A stretch of DNA of 64,000 nucleotides, from assembly GCA_002269645.1 (NCBI GenBank), contig NIVC01002627.1, positions 1-64,000 on the forward strand, read 5' to 3'. A program made the translations under genes and the position numbers. Source of the stretch: Macrostomum lignano (Eukaryota). The notes under the pieces were generated by a model. The model saw only the letters and a program-made list of their open reading frames with translations, did not search any database and had not been told where the DNA came from. Of the stretch, positions 8,360 through 23,700 are shown piece after piece (within the stretch, counting starts at the first letter, position 1; every line of letters starts with the position of its first letter).

Positions 8360-8805
8360 GTGGATTATGTAGGACACCTGCTATGCTCTGATTCTGTCGT
8401 GGAGGAAGGAGGATAGGTTAGGAGGATTATGTTCGAAGTTTTGTAAGCGAGTGCGACACCTGTTATGCTCTGATTCAGGGATAATATGGATGGATTTAAT
8501 TGGATTATGTTCGAAGTTTTCGGAGCAACTAGGACACCTGTTATGCTCTGATTCTGTCAGGGATAATATGGATGGATTTAATAGGATTATGGAGGATGTT
8601 TTGTGAGCGAGTGCGACCCCCCTTTTTTTCTGATTCTGTCGGGGATAATATGGATGGATTTAGGTGGATTATGAAGGACGTTTTGTTAGCGAGTGCGACC
8701 CCCCTTTTTTTCTGATTCTGTCAGGGATAATATAGATGGATTTAATGGGATTATGGAGGACGTGAAAAATTTTGTCCCAAAAGCCCCCTCATGCCTTCTA
8801 CTCCT
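8360..8805. repeat. Subterminal region of the element: ~78-bp imperfect repeat x 5-6, probable right TIR
   Basis: Recurring ..CTGATTCTGTCAGGGATAATATGGATGGATTTA..GGATTATG.. and GCGAGTGCGAC(A/C)CC. TIR status cannot be confirmed without the left end. Confidence 0.6.
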
Positions 8806-8898
8806 CGGCAAACGTAGCGGTCTTCTGTTTCAGCTGTCCATGAAATTCTCTCTCTCTCTCTCTATTTTCTTTCCATAGATTTGCAATATCGACTTGTT

Positions 8899-9006
8899 AT
8901 GGCCAGTCGAGCGTCGCTTTGTCGACAGTCCTCGCCCTCGGATGCTGTCAACACTGACCAGCTGCCGCCCCAGCAACAACAGCAGCAGCAACAACAACAA
9001 CAGCAA

Positions 9007-9037
<31 letters not shown>

Positions 9038-10510
9038 CAGATGTTGCTGAGCTTCTTCGAGAGATTTCCGATTTGAAAAAGCAACTTCTCGCCAAAGAGA
9101 CTCAACAAAAACAACAACAACAACAACAGTCGCAGCTGCATCAGCAGAAACAAGAATATCCAGCCATTTCAAGGCCTAGAACTGGCAACGCATCACAAAC
9201 TGAGATGCTGGCTAACAAGTAAAAAAAATTTCTTGAATATAAACGATTATACGATGAGAGCATGTCAAGCTATGCCAAAGCATAAAAAGTACTCCTAATA
9301 AATACTTTTGTGGTCCATTTCTTCTTTCAGCCCGGCACAAGCACAGGCTTATGCTACTGCGCCAACTCAAACCAATCCTGATCGGTAAGCATTGACATCT
9401 TGGTTATTGCGAAGCTCGTCTAGGATGTAAGGGGAGTGAGTTTCTGGGTTGGGGGACAGAGATGTATGCAGAGTGAGGCTGGTGGTAGGTTAGGATATCA
9501 TACACGGGGAGTGAGGTGGTGGTCAGGGGACAGAAATGTATGGAGAGTGAGGTGGTTGGGTGCTAGGGTATAGAGATGTACGGGGAGTGAGGTGGTGGTC
9601 CGGGGATAGAGATGTATGGAGAGTGAGGTGGTTGGGTGCTAGGGTGGTATAGAGATGTACGGGGAGTGAGGTGGTGTTCAGGGGACAGAGATGTATGGAG
9701 AGTGAGGTGGTTGGGTGCTAGGGTATAGAGATGTACGGGGAGTGAGGTGGTGGTCAGGGGACAGAAATGTATGGAGAGTGAGGTGGTTGGGTGCTAGGGT
9801 ATAGAGATGTACGGGGAGTGAGGTGGTGTTCAGGGGACAGAGATGTATGGAGAGTGAGGTGGTTGGGTGCTAGGGTATAGAGATGTACGGGGAGTGAGGT
9901 GGTGGTCAGGGGACAGAGATGTATGGAGAGTGAGGTGGTAGGTGGATGGACAAGATATGCATGTGGAGTGAAGTGGTTGTCAGACAAGTAGTGATCTAGG
10001 AACAAACTGGCCCCTAGCGTTAAGCCACCCCACCTCTCATCCATCGCCAGTCGCGAAGCTCCAACCTTCTCGACATCTACGGAGCAGCGAACCCCGACTG
10101 AGGGTGCAGATTTGCCAACAGATCTGGCCGAATGTCAACAGATTGTCAAGCGACTTCTTCATCGGATCGATCAACAATCAGCGGAGCTTGATCGACTTCG
10201 TGCAGCCAATGCTGCAGGCAGTCAGAAAGCGAGCCACAAGGAGCTGACGAACCTTCGACCTGCACAGCAGGCACGTCTTCAGTTTCAGCGGCATCAGTAC
10301 GGCAGCAACGCTAGAGAAAACAGCAATATGAGCCGGCTGCCGGCTCTCACCTCAGCCATGGGCAGTCGGGCAGCGGATTTGAAGCGCAGAGCTCAAGCAG
10401 TTCGAACTCATCACCATCAACAGCAGCAGCAGCAGCAGCAGTTGCCGCCGCCGCTGCCGATCCAGACGCAAATTCAACCGCAGCCTCGGCCGGTGTCAAA
10501 GCGACCTTGA
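8899..10510 (+). CDS. Host gene A: unidentified polyQ/coiled-coil protein; exons 8879/8899-9218, 9331-9384, 10051-10510
   Basis: Acceptor ttccatAG at 8878 and ATG at 8899. GT-AG junctions are phase-consistent (aa|c, cg|t) and join three open frames; stop at 10510. Confidence 0.65.
9440..9945. repeat. Compound G-rich minisatellite (alternating ~36-38 bp subunits) in intron 2 of gene A
   Basis: GGAGAGTGAGGTGGTTGGGTGCTAGGGTATAGAGATGTAC alternates with GGGGAGTGAGGTGGTGGTCAGGGGACAGAGATGTAT. Confidence 0.9.
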
Positions 10511-10816
10511 TGACTTCAGGAGTGATATTATATATAATTGGCTAAACCAGCTATCAGCTTGAACCATTAGTTGAGTCACACGTTTATTCCGCTGACTCCT
10601 GAACACATACAAGCTAGGCCAATACCACAGAATATTCTGTGGCCAATACTGTGTACACAGGCACGCACTCATACACGCGCTCACGCAGGGTGTACAGCGG
10701 CCCCTGACTTTCTAATCGTCAGGCGTTTATACTCTCTGTGCCTTGGAGGTTTGGCTCTCATACGACAAAAAATGTACACAGGTTTCTAAAACTGCTTTGC
10801 TGAAAGACTATAAATT

Positions 10817-11135
10817 CTTCTCCACTAAAAGTACATCGTGCACTTTTCTCCACTAAAAGTACATCGTGCACTTTTCTCCACTAAAAGTACATCGTGCACT
10901 TTTCTCCACTAAAAGTACATCGTGCACTTTTCTCCACTAAAAGTACATCGTGCACTTTTCTCCACTAAAAGTACATCGTGCACTTTTCTCCACAAAGTAC
11001 ATCGTGCACTTTTCTCTACTAAAAGTACATCGTGCACTTTTCTCCACTAAAAGTACATCGTGCACTTTTCTCCACTAAAAGTACATCGTGCACTTTTCTC
11101 CACTAAAAGTACATCGTGCACTTTTCTCCACCAAA
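10817..11135. repeat. 28-bp tandem array x ~11
   Basis: TTTTCTCCACTAAAAGTACATCGTGCAC. Confidence 0.92.
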
Positions 11136-11519
11136 AGTGCAAGCACTGCACATTGATGTCTTGTTCCTAAAAAATTCGCAGAACACAGAATTGTTTATTA
11201 TTTTTTATTGACCTAGTTTATCTGTTTAACAGTCTATTAATTTACCAGTTGAGAACACGATGCCTGAAACTCGCGCCTCTCTGTGCCTTTTGTTATATGC
11301 AGATATTTTTCTATGTTTTACTTATTATCAAGTCGAATAATCTATTTTCGAATTATTGCAAAAACTGTTTATGTTTTAGAAATACACAAAATATGTAAGC
11401 AGAGCGACATTCGAGAGACTTTGATGACAATTTTTGAAGAAATCGCGTTTTATGAACTTTTATTCGAAAGCCAGAAAATAATGGGCCAGTTTGGGATTCT
11501 GGAGTGTCTGTTTTGATGT

Positions 11520-12330
11520 CAGGAGTATCTGTTCTGACGTCATGGTGTCTATTCTGATGACAGGGATGTCTATATTCTGATGACAGGGATGTCTATATTC
11601 TGATGTCAGGCTGTCTATATTCTGATGTCAGGCTGTCTATTTTCTGATGGCAAGGGTGTCCATTCTGATGTTATAGGCTGTCTATATTCTGATGTCAGGA
11701 GTGTCTATTCTGATTTCAGGCTGCTGTCTATATTCTGATGTCAGGGGTGTCTATTTTGATGTTTTGCTGTCTATATTCTGATGTCAGGCTGTCTATATTC
11801 TGATGTCACGCTGTCTATATTCTGATGGCAAGGGTGTCCATTCTGATGTTATAGGCTGTCTATATTCTGATGTCAGGGTGTCTATTCTGATGTCAGGAGT
11901 GTATTCTGATTTCAGGCTGTCTATATTCTGATGTCTGGGTGTCTATTCTGATGTCAGCGTGTCTATTCTGATGTCAGGGATATCAAAATTCTGATGTCAG
12001 GGGTGTCTATTTTGATGTCTGGATGTCTATTCTGATGTCAAGGTGTCTATTCTGATGTCAGGGTGTCTATTCTGATGTCAGGGTGTCTATTCTGATGTCA
12101 GGGTGTCTATTCTGCCGTCAGGGTGTCCATTCTGATTCCAGGGTGTCTATATTCTGATTTCAGGCTGTAGCTGTCCATATTCTGATGTCAGTCTGTCTAC
12201 ATTCTGATTTCAAGCTGTCTATATTCTGATGTCAGGGGTGCCTATTCTGATTTCAGGGTGTCTTTGTCAGGTTGACTATATTCTGGTGTCCGAGTGTCTA
12301 TATTTTGATGTCAGGGTGTCTTTTCTGAGT
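11520..12330. repeat. Degenerate 20-22 bp array
   Basis: TGTCTA(TA)TTCTGATGTCAGG(G). Confidence 0.88.
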
Positions 12331-12777
12331 TCCGATAAAAATTTCCACTAATCTCACGACAATTAAAGAGATTCGAAAGATGATCCAAGTAACAAAATTT
12401 CTGAATGCAGTTTTGATCTGCTGTGTAAAAGCGCAAAGGCACTACAATGAGTTAAAACTAGGCGACTGAATTCTGTATCCTGAGTCACTTTATAATCTGC
12501 GCAGTTTTCAATTTTTTTAATCCACCGGAAATGAAGGAATTCTTTTATGTAATACTGCAGTTCTGAGTTTGTCTTTTATTTTCTTGAATATTAAAGAAGC
12601 ATACACAGTGAATTCCATTCTTCAATGAGAAGCTTAGTTAATGTTATTACGCTCCACACTTGGTTACTGAGAGGTACCGAGGCTCACTTCCTATTTAACA
12701 ATTTACTAAGCAATTTAAGCTAACAAAGTCATTTAATATTGAGTGAGTTCTTGTTGCCATGCAGTATCTGCCACAAT

Positions 12778-15533
<2,756 letters not shown>

Positions 15534-15644
15534 GGCTAATTTTTATTTAATCTGCATCTGCGCCGAGTGCTTTCTTGGAGTCATCAGTTAGTTGCGGACT
15601 GGGAATTGTTAAAAAATTCGCAAGTCTGAAGTTTAAAGGTCTCA

Positions 15645-16520
15645 ATTGAATCTTCACAAGCTCGATTGAAGTTTCACAAGCTTGATTGAAGTTTCACAAG
15701 CTCGATTGAAGTTTCACAAGCTCGATTGAAGTTTTACAAGCTTGACTGAAGTTTCACAAGCTCGACTGAAGTTTTACAAGCTCGACTGAAGTTTCACAAG
15801 CTCGATTGAAGTTTCACAAGCTCGGTTGAAGTTTCACAAGCTCGATTAAAGTTTTACAAGCTTGACTGAAGTTTCACAAGCTCGACTGAAGTTTTACAAG
15901 CTCGACTGAAGTTTCACAAGCTCGATTGAAGTTTCACAAGCTCGGTTGAAGTTTCACAAGCTCGATTAAAGTTTTACAAGCTTGACTGAAGTTTCACAAG
16001 CTCGACTGAAGTTTTACAAGCTCGACTGAAGTTTCACAAGCTCGATTGAAGTTTCACAAGCTCGATTGAAGTTTCACAAGCTTGATTGAATCTTCACAAG
16101 CTTGATTGAAGCTTCACAAGCTTGATTGAAGCTTCACAAGCTTGATTGAAGTTTCACAAGCTTGATTGAAGCTTCACAAGCTTGATTGAAGCTTCACAAG
16201 CTCGATTAAAGTTTCTTAAGCTCGATTGAAGTTTCACAAGCTCGATTGAAGTTTCACAAGCTCGACTGAAGTTTCACAAGCTCGACTGAAGTTTCACAAG
16301 CTCGATTGAAGTTTCACAAGCTCGATTGAAGGTTCACAAGCTCGACTAAAGTTTCACAAGCTCGACTGAAGTTTCACAAGCTCGATTGAAGTTTCACAAG
16401 CTCGATTGAAGTTTCACAAGCTCGACTGAAGTTTCACAAGCTCGACTGAAGTTTCACAAGCTTGATTGAAGCTTCACAAGCTCTATTGAAGTTTCACAAG
16501 CTCGATTGAAGTTTCACAAG
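15645..16520. repeat. 20-bp array x ~44
   Basis: ATTGAAGTTTCACAAGCTCG. Confidence 0.95.
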
Positions 16521-16904
16521 CTGGATCCATTTCTCCAATAAACTACTCGCAGTAGGTCAGCCGTGCAGATGCAGTAATTTTTTCCCGAGCCAATAGCCCG
16601 CAAGCAAGCTTGTTAAAAGCAAACAAGCTTTTCTAAATGACGACCGTGCTGCCTAAACCGGCTTAGCGAGTAAAATTGCTTTTTGTTGGCGGTGCACGAG
16701 TCTGACTCGCTGGCGGGCCTACGGCTGCTGTTGTGATGAGTGTAGCTGACTATTATTGACTGGCAAATATATGGGTTAATATACGGTATATACGAAACTA
16801 ATTCAATCTTCAATATAATTATCATGATCGAAGATATTCTTGAGTGATTTGTCATCATCTATTTGTACGAGCCGAGGGAAAAATTGGTGGAAAATTTATG
16901 GTTA

Positions 16905-17545
16905 ATGGTGGGTGAATCATTTACTGTGGTGGGTGAATCGTCTATTTTGAAGGGTGAGTGAATCGTCTTTGGTGGCAGGTGGGTGAATCATTTACAGTGA
17001 ACGGTGGGTGAATCATCTAAAGTGACCGGTGGGTGAATCATCCACAGTAAATGGTGGGTGAATCATCTAAAGTGAACGGTGGGTGAATCATCTAAAGTGA
17101 ACGGTGGGTGAATCATCCACAGTAAATGGTAGGTGAATCATCTAAAGTGAACGGTGGGTGAATCATCCACAGTAAATGGTAGGTGAATCATCTAAAGTGA
17201 ACGGTGGGTGAATCATCCACAGTAAACGGTGGGTGAATCATCTAAAGTGAACGGTGGGTGAATCATCCACAGTAAATGGTGGGTGAATCATCCACAGTAA
17301 ATGGTGGGTGAATCATCTAAAGTGAACGGTGGGTGAATCATCCACAGTAAATGGTGGGTGAATCATCTAAAGTGAACTGTGGGTGAATCATCCACAGTAA
17401 ATGGTGGGTGAATCATCCACAGTAAATGGTGGGTGAATCATCCACAGTAAATGGTGGGTGAATCATCTAAAGTGAACGGTGGGTGAATCATCTAAAGTGA
17501 ACGGTGGGTGAATCATTCACAGTGAGCTGTGGGTGAATCAGAAAT
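16905..17545. repeat. 25-bp array
   Basis: GGTGGGTGAATCATCTAAAGTGAAC / GGTGGGTGAATCATCCACAGTAAAT. Confidence 0.93.
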
Positions 17546-18016
17546 GTTGAATGGTAGTTTTGAGTTTTGAGTTACTCTTACAAAATTCAATGCATTGATC
17601 TTGGTGGTGAATTTATAAAAGTAAAAAAAACGTAAAAAGGCAGTAGCAAAGGCTATTTACACAAAACATGACAGACATGAGCTAAGATATAAAGCGTAGC
17701 TTAAAGTGCATCTGACTCTGTGATATATATGTATATTTAATTATTAAAAGTACAATTAGAGATAAATGAACTTTTATAATGTAATAAATTATGTATTATA
17801 ATTTGCAGGATAACGCATCAAGACAGAGTGAAATTATTATATAAATATGATGATTTGCGGATAGCAGATAAACAAAATCATGTTAGAAATATTGTCTTTT
17901 TTACAGGTTTATAACTTTTGCTTTGTCCGAATTTTCCAGTTAATATGCACACAGACAGTGAAAACAAGATTAGACTTTGAAACAGGTGCTAATACTTACC
18001 TTGAAAGATGTTAACT

Positions 18017-18390
18017 GGGTCATCAGAGTGGTGTCAGGGTCACTAGAGTGGTGTCAGGGTCACTAGAGTGGTGTCAGGGTCACTAGAGTGGTGTCAGGGT
18101 CATCAGAGTGGTGTCAGGGTCATCAGAGCGGTGTCAGGGCCATCAAAGTGGTGTCAGGGCCATCAGAGTGGTGTCAGGGCCATCAGAGTGGTGTCAGGGT
18201 CATCAGAGTGGTGTCAGGGCCATCAGAGTGGTGTCAGGGTCATCAGAGTGGTGTCAGGGCCATCAGAGTGGTGTCAGGGTCATCAGAGTGGTGTCAGGGT
18301 CATCAGAGTGGTGTCAGGGTCATCAGGGTGGTGTCAGGGTCATCAGAGTGGTGTCAGGGCCATCAGAGTGGTGTCAGGGTCATCAGAGTA
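18017..18390. repeat. 20-bp array x ~18
   Basis: GGGTCATCAGAGTGGTGTCA. Confidence 0.95.
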
Positions 18391-18774
18391 ATCACTTCTA
18401 ATAAATCAAATTTCGAAGAATATTATGCATAACATAAATCAGATGAATAGTTACCAGCAATGACAATTCGGCAAAAAGTATCGTATTAACCTCGGTTACG
18501 GTGCAAGATGGAATACATCTGTTAAAACGTGTGAATTTCACTTAAGCTAAATAAATTTCGAACACAGATTAAACTGTCAAAATTAGAGAAAAAATATTTT
18601 AAAGTGCAAGAAACAAAGCATAGCGCTGAAAAAATGACAAATTTAAATAGCGAAACACTGCAACTGATAATTAGCGAATTTCAACAATAGAATATGTCTC
18701 TGAAATAATATTATTTTGACAGTAAAACTATAATCATAATTCACTACCACTAATAAAAATTGACTGAATAAACC

Positions 18775-19250
18775 AGGTGTGTGAAGGGGATTAGACAGGT
18801 GAGTGAAGGGAGATTGGACAGGTGTGTGAAGGGAGATTAGACAGGTGAGTGAAGGGAGATTAGACAGGTGAGTGAAGGGAGATTAGACAGGTGAGTGAAG
18901 GGAGATTAGACAGGTGAGTGAAGGGAGATTAGACAGGTGAGTGAAGGGAGATTAGACAGGTGAGTGAAGGGAGATTAGACAGGTGAGTGAAGGGAGATTA
19001 GACAGGTGAGTGAAGGGAGATTAGACAGGTGAGTGAATGAAGATAAGACAGGTGAGTGAAGGGAGATTAGACAGGTGAGTGAAGGGAGATTAGACAGGTG
19101 AGTGAAGGGAGATTAGACAGGTGAGTGAAGGGAGATTAGACAGGTGAGTGAAGGGAGATTAGACAGGTGAGTGAAGGGAGATTAGACAGGTGAGTGAAGG
19201 GAGATTAGACAGGTGAGTGAAGGGAGATTAGACAGGTGGGTGAATGGGAG
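18775..19250 (+). repeat. 23-bp array x ~20
   Basis: GAGATTAGACAGGTGAGTGAAGG; an inverted relative lies at 22990-23290. Confidence 0.95.
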
Positions 19251-19789
19251 ATAATTAGTGTAAAAAAGTTGGATATTTCTATATAATTCTTATCCTATAA
19301 GCTTAAGCTCTACTAGTTAAAAAAACTAAAAAATACCGAGGCCTATATTAAAGGATATTAAAGGAGATTAGGAATCTCTTCGTCAAGAGATTTAATTTCA
19401 GTCATGGATAACTAAAGTACAAGGAGTCACAGCTAAATGGGCAATAACTGCTTGCCTCTGCCCTGGGTGCGCGTTGACTGTCATTTTGGACTTGCAGAAG
19501 CGCCCAGAGTTTGCCTCCTTCCCTAGCAACTAAACTAAACTAGAACGTTGTCCGAACTTCTGATTGCTTTAATATCGGGTTTGAACCAAGATACCAGAAT
19601 AACTAGATGTCACTCGCGCTCTCACCTACTCGTTTATTAGTAGAAAAATTAGCGTTTTTTGCCTTCAGCATTTTTACTGTTTTACCGACTCTACACTTGA
19701 TATTATGCATATTATTGCTCGTATGCTTGGCAAGCAAGAGAGAAAAGGGGTGGCGCCCCAGCCCCAAAACAGTTTGGCTTTCCAATTGT

Positions 19790-20360
19790 CCGTTTGTGTC
19801 TGACTTTGACCTCTCTCCTTACTGCTCTCTCATTGGCTGAGCCAGATTGGGCCTGCTCCCTAGGCTGAGTTTCGTCTGTCTGACTTTAACCTCTCTCCTT
19901 ACTGCTCTCTCATTGGCTGAGCCAGATTGGGCCTGCTCCCTAGGCTGAGTTTCGTCCGTCTGACTTTGACCTCTCTCCTTACTGCTCTCTCATTGGCTGA
20001 GCCAGATTGGGCCTGCTCCCTAGGCTGAGTTTCGTCCGTCTGACTTTGACCTCTCTCCTTACTGCTCTCTCATTGGCTGAGCCAGATTGGGCCTGCTCCC
20101 TAGGCTGAGTTTCGTCCGTCTGACTTTGACCTCTCTCCTTACTGCTCTCTCATTGGCTGAGCCAGATTGGGCCTGCTCCCTAGGCTGAGTTTCGTCCGTC
20201 TGACTTTGACCTCTCTCCTTACTGCTCTCTCATTGGCTGAGCCAGATTGGGCCTGCTCCCTAGGCTGAGTTTCGTCCGTCTGACTTTGACCTCTCTCCTT
20301 ACTGCTCTCTCATTGGCTGAGCCAGATTAGACCTGCCTCCTAGGCTGAGTTTCGTCCCGC
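19790..20360. repeat. 80-bp tandem repeat x 7
   Basis: Near-identical units TGACTTTGACCTCTCTCCTTACTGCTCTCTCATTGGCTGAGCCAGATTGGGCCTGCTCCCTAGGCTGAGTTTCGTCCGTC. Confidence 0.95.
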
Positions 20361-20751
20361 TTGCTTTCACTTGTGTACATCGAATTAGATACCATTGTTT
20401 TTTGTCCTTAACCCTTATTATACTCCTGAGGCCGCAAGCCCCGTGGAAGGCAAGGAATTTCAGCTGCCATATTAAGTTTAAGTGACACTGCGCAGAAAAA
20501 CTACTGAAAAAGAGTAGATGCTTTACTTTTTTACTAATTAAACTGAGTCACATAATTTCGCTATTCCAGTATCTCTGCCGAAAAATGATGGCCTCCAAAA
20601 ACAATGATTTTGAAAGATTTTCACACAAGCAGCAAAGTACCACACGGAATGTTTCTCACTCTCAAAACTGGCTCATTTTTTGTATTTAAAAAAATCGATC
20701 GATAATATTAGAACCGAAAGATCAATAAGTATAGATACGTCGATGCCATTG

Positions 20752-23700
20752 TCACTGATTCAACTGGCTAAAATCCGCCCAGCCTTCGTTACTACTATCG
20801 GCAGTAGTACTAACAGTCTCATCAGCAGTAGCAGTGGCATTAACTACGGCAGACTGCTCAAATGAGCTGAAATCTGCCCAGCCTTCGTTACTACCACTGG
20901 CAGTAGTACTGGCGGTCACATCAGCAGTAGTAGTGGCGCTAAATCCAGCAGCCGACTGCTCAAACGAGCTGAAGTCTGCCCAATCGGTAGCTGCAGCAGG
21001 CTGAGCCGTAGCAAAAGCAGCAAAAGGAGCCTCCTGTTCGTGTTGTTGTTGTTGCTTTTGAATTTCCTGACGACGCCTAGCCGAGCCGGAGACAATAAAA
21101 GCCGGCCCGATTCCAGCATCTTCATTAGCATCATCATCATCGTCTCCGCTGTCAATCTCATCGATTTCGTCGTCATTCTCGGGGTCGTTCTTGCTCAGGC
21201 ATGATTTATTGAAACTGTCGCTACCGACTGGCCGAGTCAAATTGAGAGACGGCGGCGGCGCCACGGCGCCAGGCGGAGCGCCAAGTATCGCTGCTGCTGC
21301 TGCTGCGGCGGCAGTTGAGTTATTAGCAACAGTCGCAGTTGCTAGGCTATTTAATTTGGCTAAATCGCCGTCAACAAATGCTTGCCAATCGTCTGATAAT
21401 TGTTGATCGCCCAATTCTGTAGCCCAATTGGACAGACAGCAATTGTTATTGATGCAGTTGGCCAGCCGGACTAGGTGCCCTCGGTATCCAGGCACGCCGT
21501 TTCTGGAGAATCGGCTGATCGCGTCAATCAGCCTATCAGGCAGCCGAGCTTCTATCAATAACTGACGAGCCAAGCGTAGCTGAGGCGAATTCGAATCGAT
21601 AAAACAAACCGGAGTGGAGTTCAACACGCTTGAGCAGCAGCGCTCGGTCACAAGATGAAGAAAGCTGCACCAAGGATAGGCCAATGCCAGATTCAACAGC
21701 CGAGGCAGAGCTGAATGGGCTAACATAGTGTCAGTTAAACTGGCTGCCACACTGCCAGACAGAATGCCGCTACTACTACTACTATCAGTAGCTGCAGGCT
21801 GCAGCAGCAGCAGCTGCACCAGACGGAGAAGCAGGCGGCCAATCAGGAGGCGCGGCCGACCAACCGGCGGTTCAAGTGGCGGCCCCGCCGTGTGCGGCAT
21901 CTTCGGCCAACGCTGCGACACTGGCGGCGACTCCAGCAGTTCAAGCAGAGCCGCCAGTCTGTTGCTATCCAGCAGAGCCGAGATAGCAGATTCTGCAACA
22001 ATGGACAGCCGCTCAGGACTCAGCCTGTGCTGCTGCTGCTTCTGTTGCTGCGGCGAGGTCGAGGCCTGCTTCGAGCTGCCGAACGCTTCAGCTGCTGCAC
22101 CCGCACCCATTCGATCGCCATCCAATTCTGGCGCTAACAGGACTTCAGAGTCACCACCGCTGCCGCTACCGCTGCCGACAAAGTCCGGATCGTCTAGCAG
22201 AGCCAGAACAACTTGCAGCGACGCCACGGTCAAGGACTCCTCAGCTCGAGTGTCCGGCTTCAGCAGGGCTGACAGCAGGCGGTCGGTCGTTTGGCGACTC
22301 TCCAGGAGGTCCAGCAGTCCGTGGCCGCTCTTGGCTGCTTCCGTGTCTGATGTCTGCTGGTGTTTTGGATTAATTGGACTTCGAGTTCACCTTCATGGCT
22401 GAGTACCAGCGGTGGGGCAGGTACTTCACACTGGCTCACAGCTGCCCTCCCTCATCACTCAGGTACTTCACGCTGGCTCACAGCATCCCTCCCTCATCAC
22501 TCAGGTACTTCACTCACCTGTACCAGCTGAGAAGCCTGCTCACGACAATAGGCCAGCATACTGCAGATGCAATCCGCGGCATTGTAACGCCGCTCTTCCG
22601 AAGCGTCCGAGCCAGTCAACGCGTCAAGAAGGCGATCAACCAGGCCGGATCTGATCAGCCAATCGCTGGCCTCGGCGCTGATCTCCGATGCCGAGGCGCT
22701 GGCCGCTACCGCACCTGTTGAATCTTCTTCATCTCGCATAGTGACTATAGCTAGCAGGAGGTCAACTACAGCTGCAGTGGCCGTGTGGCTCACTAATTTG
22801 GCTACGAATTTACCGTTGGGCAGCGCTCTCCAATAGGCCAGTAGGCGCTTGCTCTTGCGCCTGGCCAGCAACTGCAGCACCTGAGGAATTTGTCAAAATC
22901 AAGTAGTTATTGCACCTATTTATTTGTATAGGCACTAGGCAGGTCTAAAATCAATATTGCTGTATCCGATTGGGTTGACAGCCTGCCGAATCTCCCTTCA
23001 TTCATATGTCTAATCTCACTTCACTCGCCTGTCTAATCTCCCTTCACTCGCCTGTCTAATCTCCCTTCACTAGCCTGTCTAATCTCTCTTCACTCACCTG
23101 TCTTATCTCCCTTCACTCACCTGTCTAATCTCCCTTCACTCACCTGTCTAATCTCCCTTCACTAGCCTGTCTAATCTCTCTTCACTCACCTGTCTAATCT
23201 CCCTTCACTCACCTGTCTAATCTCCCTTCATTCGCTTGTCGATTCTCCTTTTACTCGGCTGTCTAATCTCCTTTCTCTCAGCTGTCCAATATTCCTTTAC
23301 TAATCTGTTTTAACGTTCCTTGACTATCTGTCTTATCTTTTTAGTGCCTTCAAATTAGTGGCTTTAACACAGGGTAAACGGGAGAGTATCTATGACAAAG
23401 ATGCTTCGCCACCTAATAAACATACAATTATTAAGATTGATTACCTTAGACACGAAACTGGCTGTCAAAGGATTAAGCGGCAGATCTGATTGCAAATATT
23501 CGCACAACCGATCCAGATGCCGATCTCCATCAACCAGAGCATCATTGAGCGACTCAATATCGCAGGTAAGCAGTTCGCAGCACACATTCGGATGACGATA
23601 GCGCACCTTGTCTGACAAGGCGCAGTCAGGCTCCGAGACAATGATAGAAATCATCTGCTCCATCACTGCCTCACCGCACAGGTAGGTTAATAGTTTAGAG

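Larger units (their letters stand above)
1..8805. mobile_element. Endogenous Maverick/Polinton (adintovirus-like) element, right part, truncated by window start
   Basis: pPolB, adenain-like protease, A32/FtsK ATPase, probable MCP and penton-like ORFs are co-located. Genes are intronless and densely packed with 4-30 bp AT-rich spacers. Subterminal ~78-bp repeats end in ...CTTCTACTCCT (8805). Integrase and left TIR are not in the window; the right end is approximate. Confidence 0.93.

Noticed and set aside
1-8805. Calling the element integrase-less (PLV type) or a prophage/bacterial contaminant
   Set aside because: The left part is outside the window, so absence of an integrase cannot be judged. 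The gene set is eukaryotic-virus type and continues into spliced host genes.
8848-8863. (CT)n tract as the Polinton terminus
   Set aside because: It is better explained as the polypyrimidine tract of the acceptor at 8878. It cannot be fully excluded without the left end.
16560-16860. CpG-rich unique segment with an 81-aa minus-strand ORF
   Set aside because: There is no convincing splice partner or homology. It could be regulatory, but nothing supports a call.
21191-22721. Plus-strand ORFs opposite PPP6R, and similar shadows opposite SRP19 and the RRM gene
   Set aside because: They are GC-rich antisense frames with no recognisable domains.
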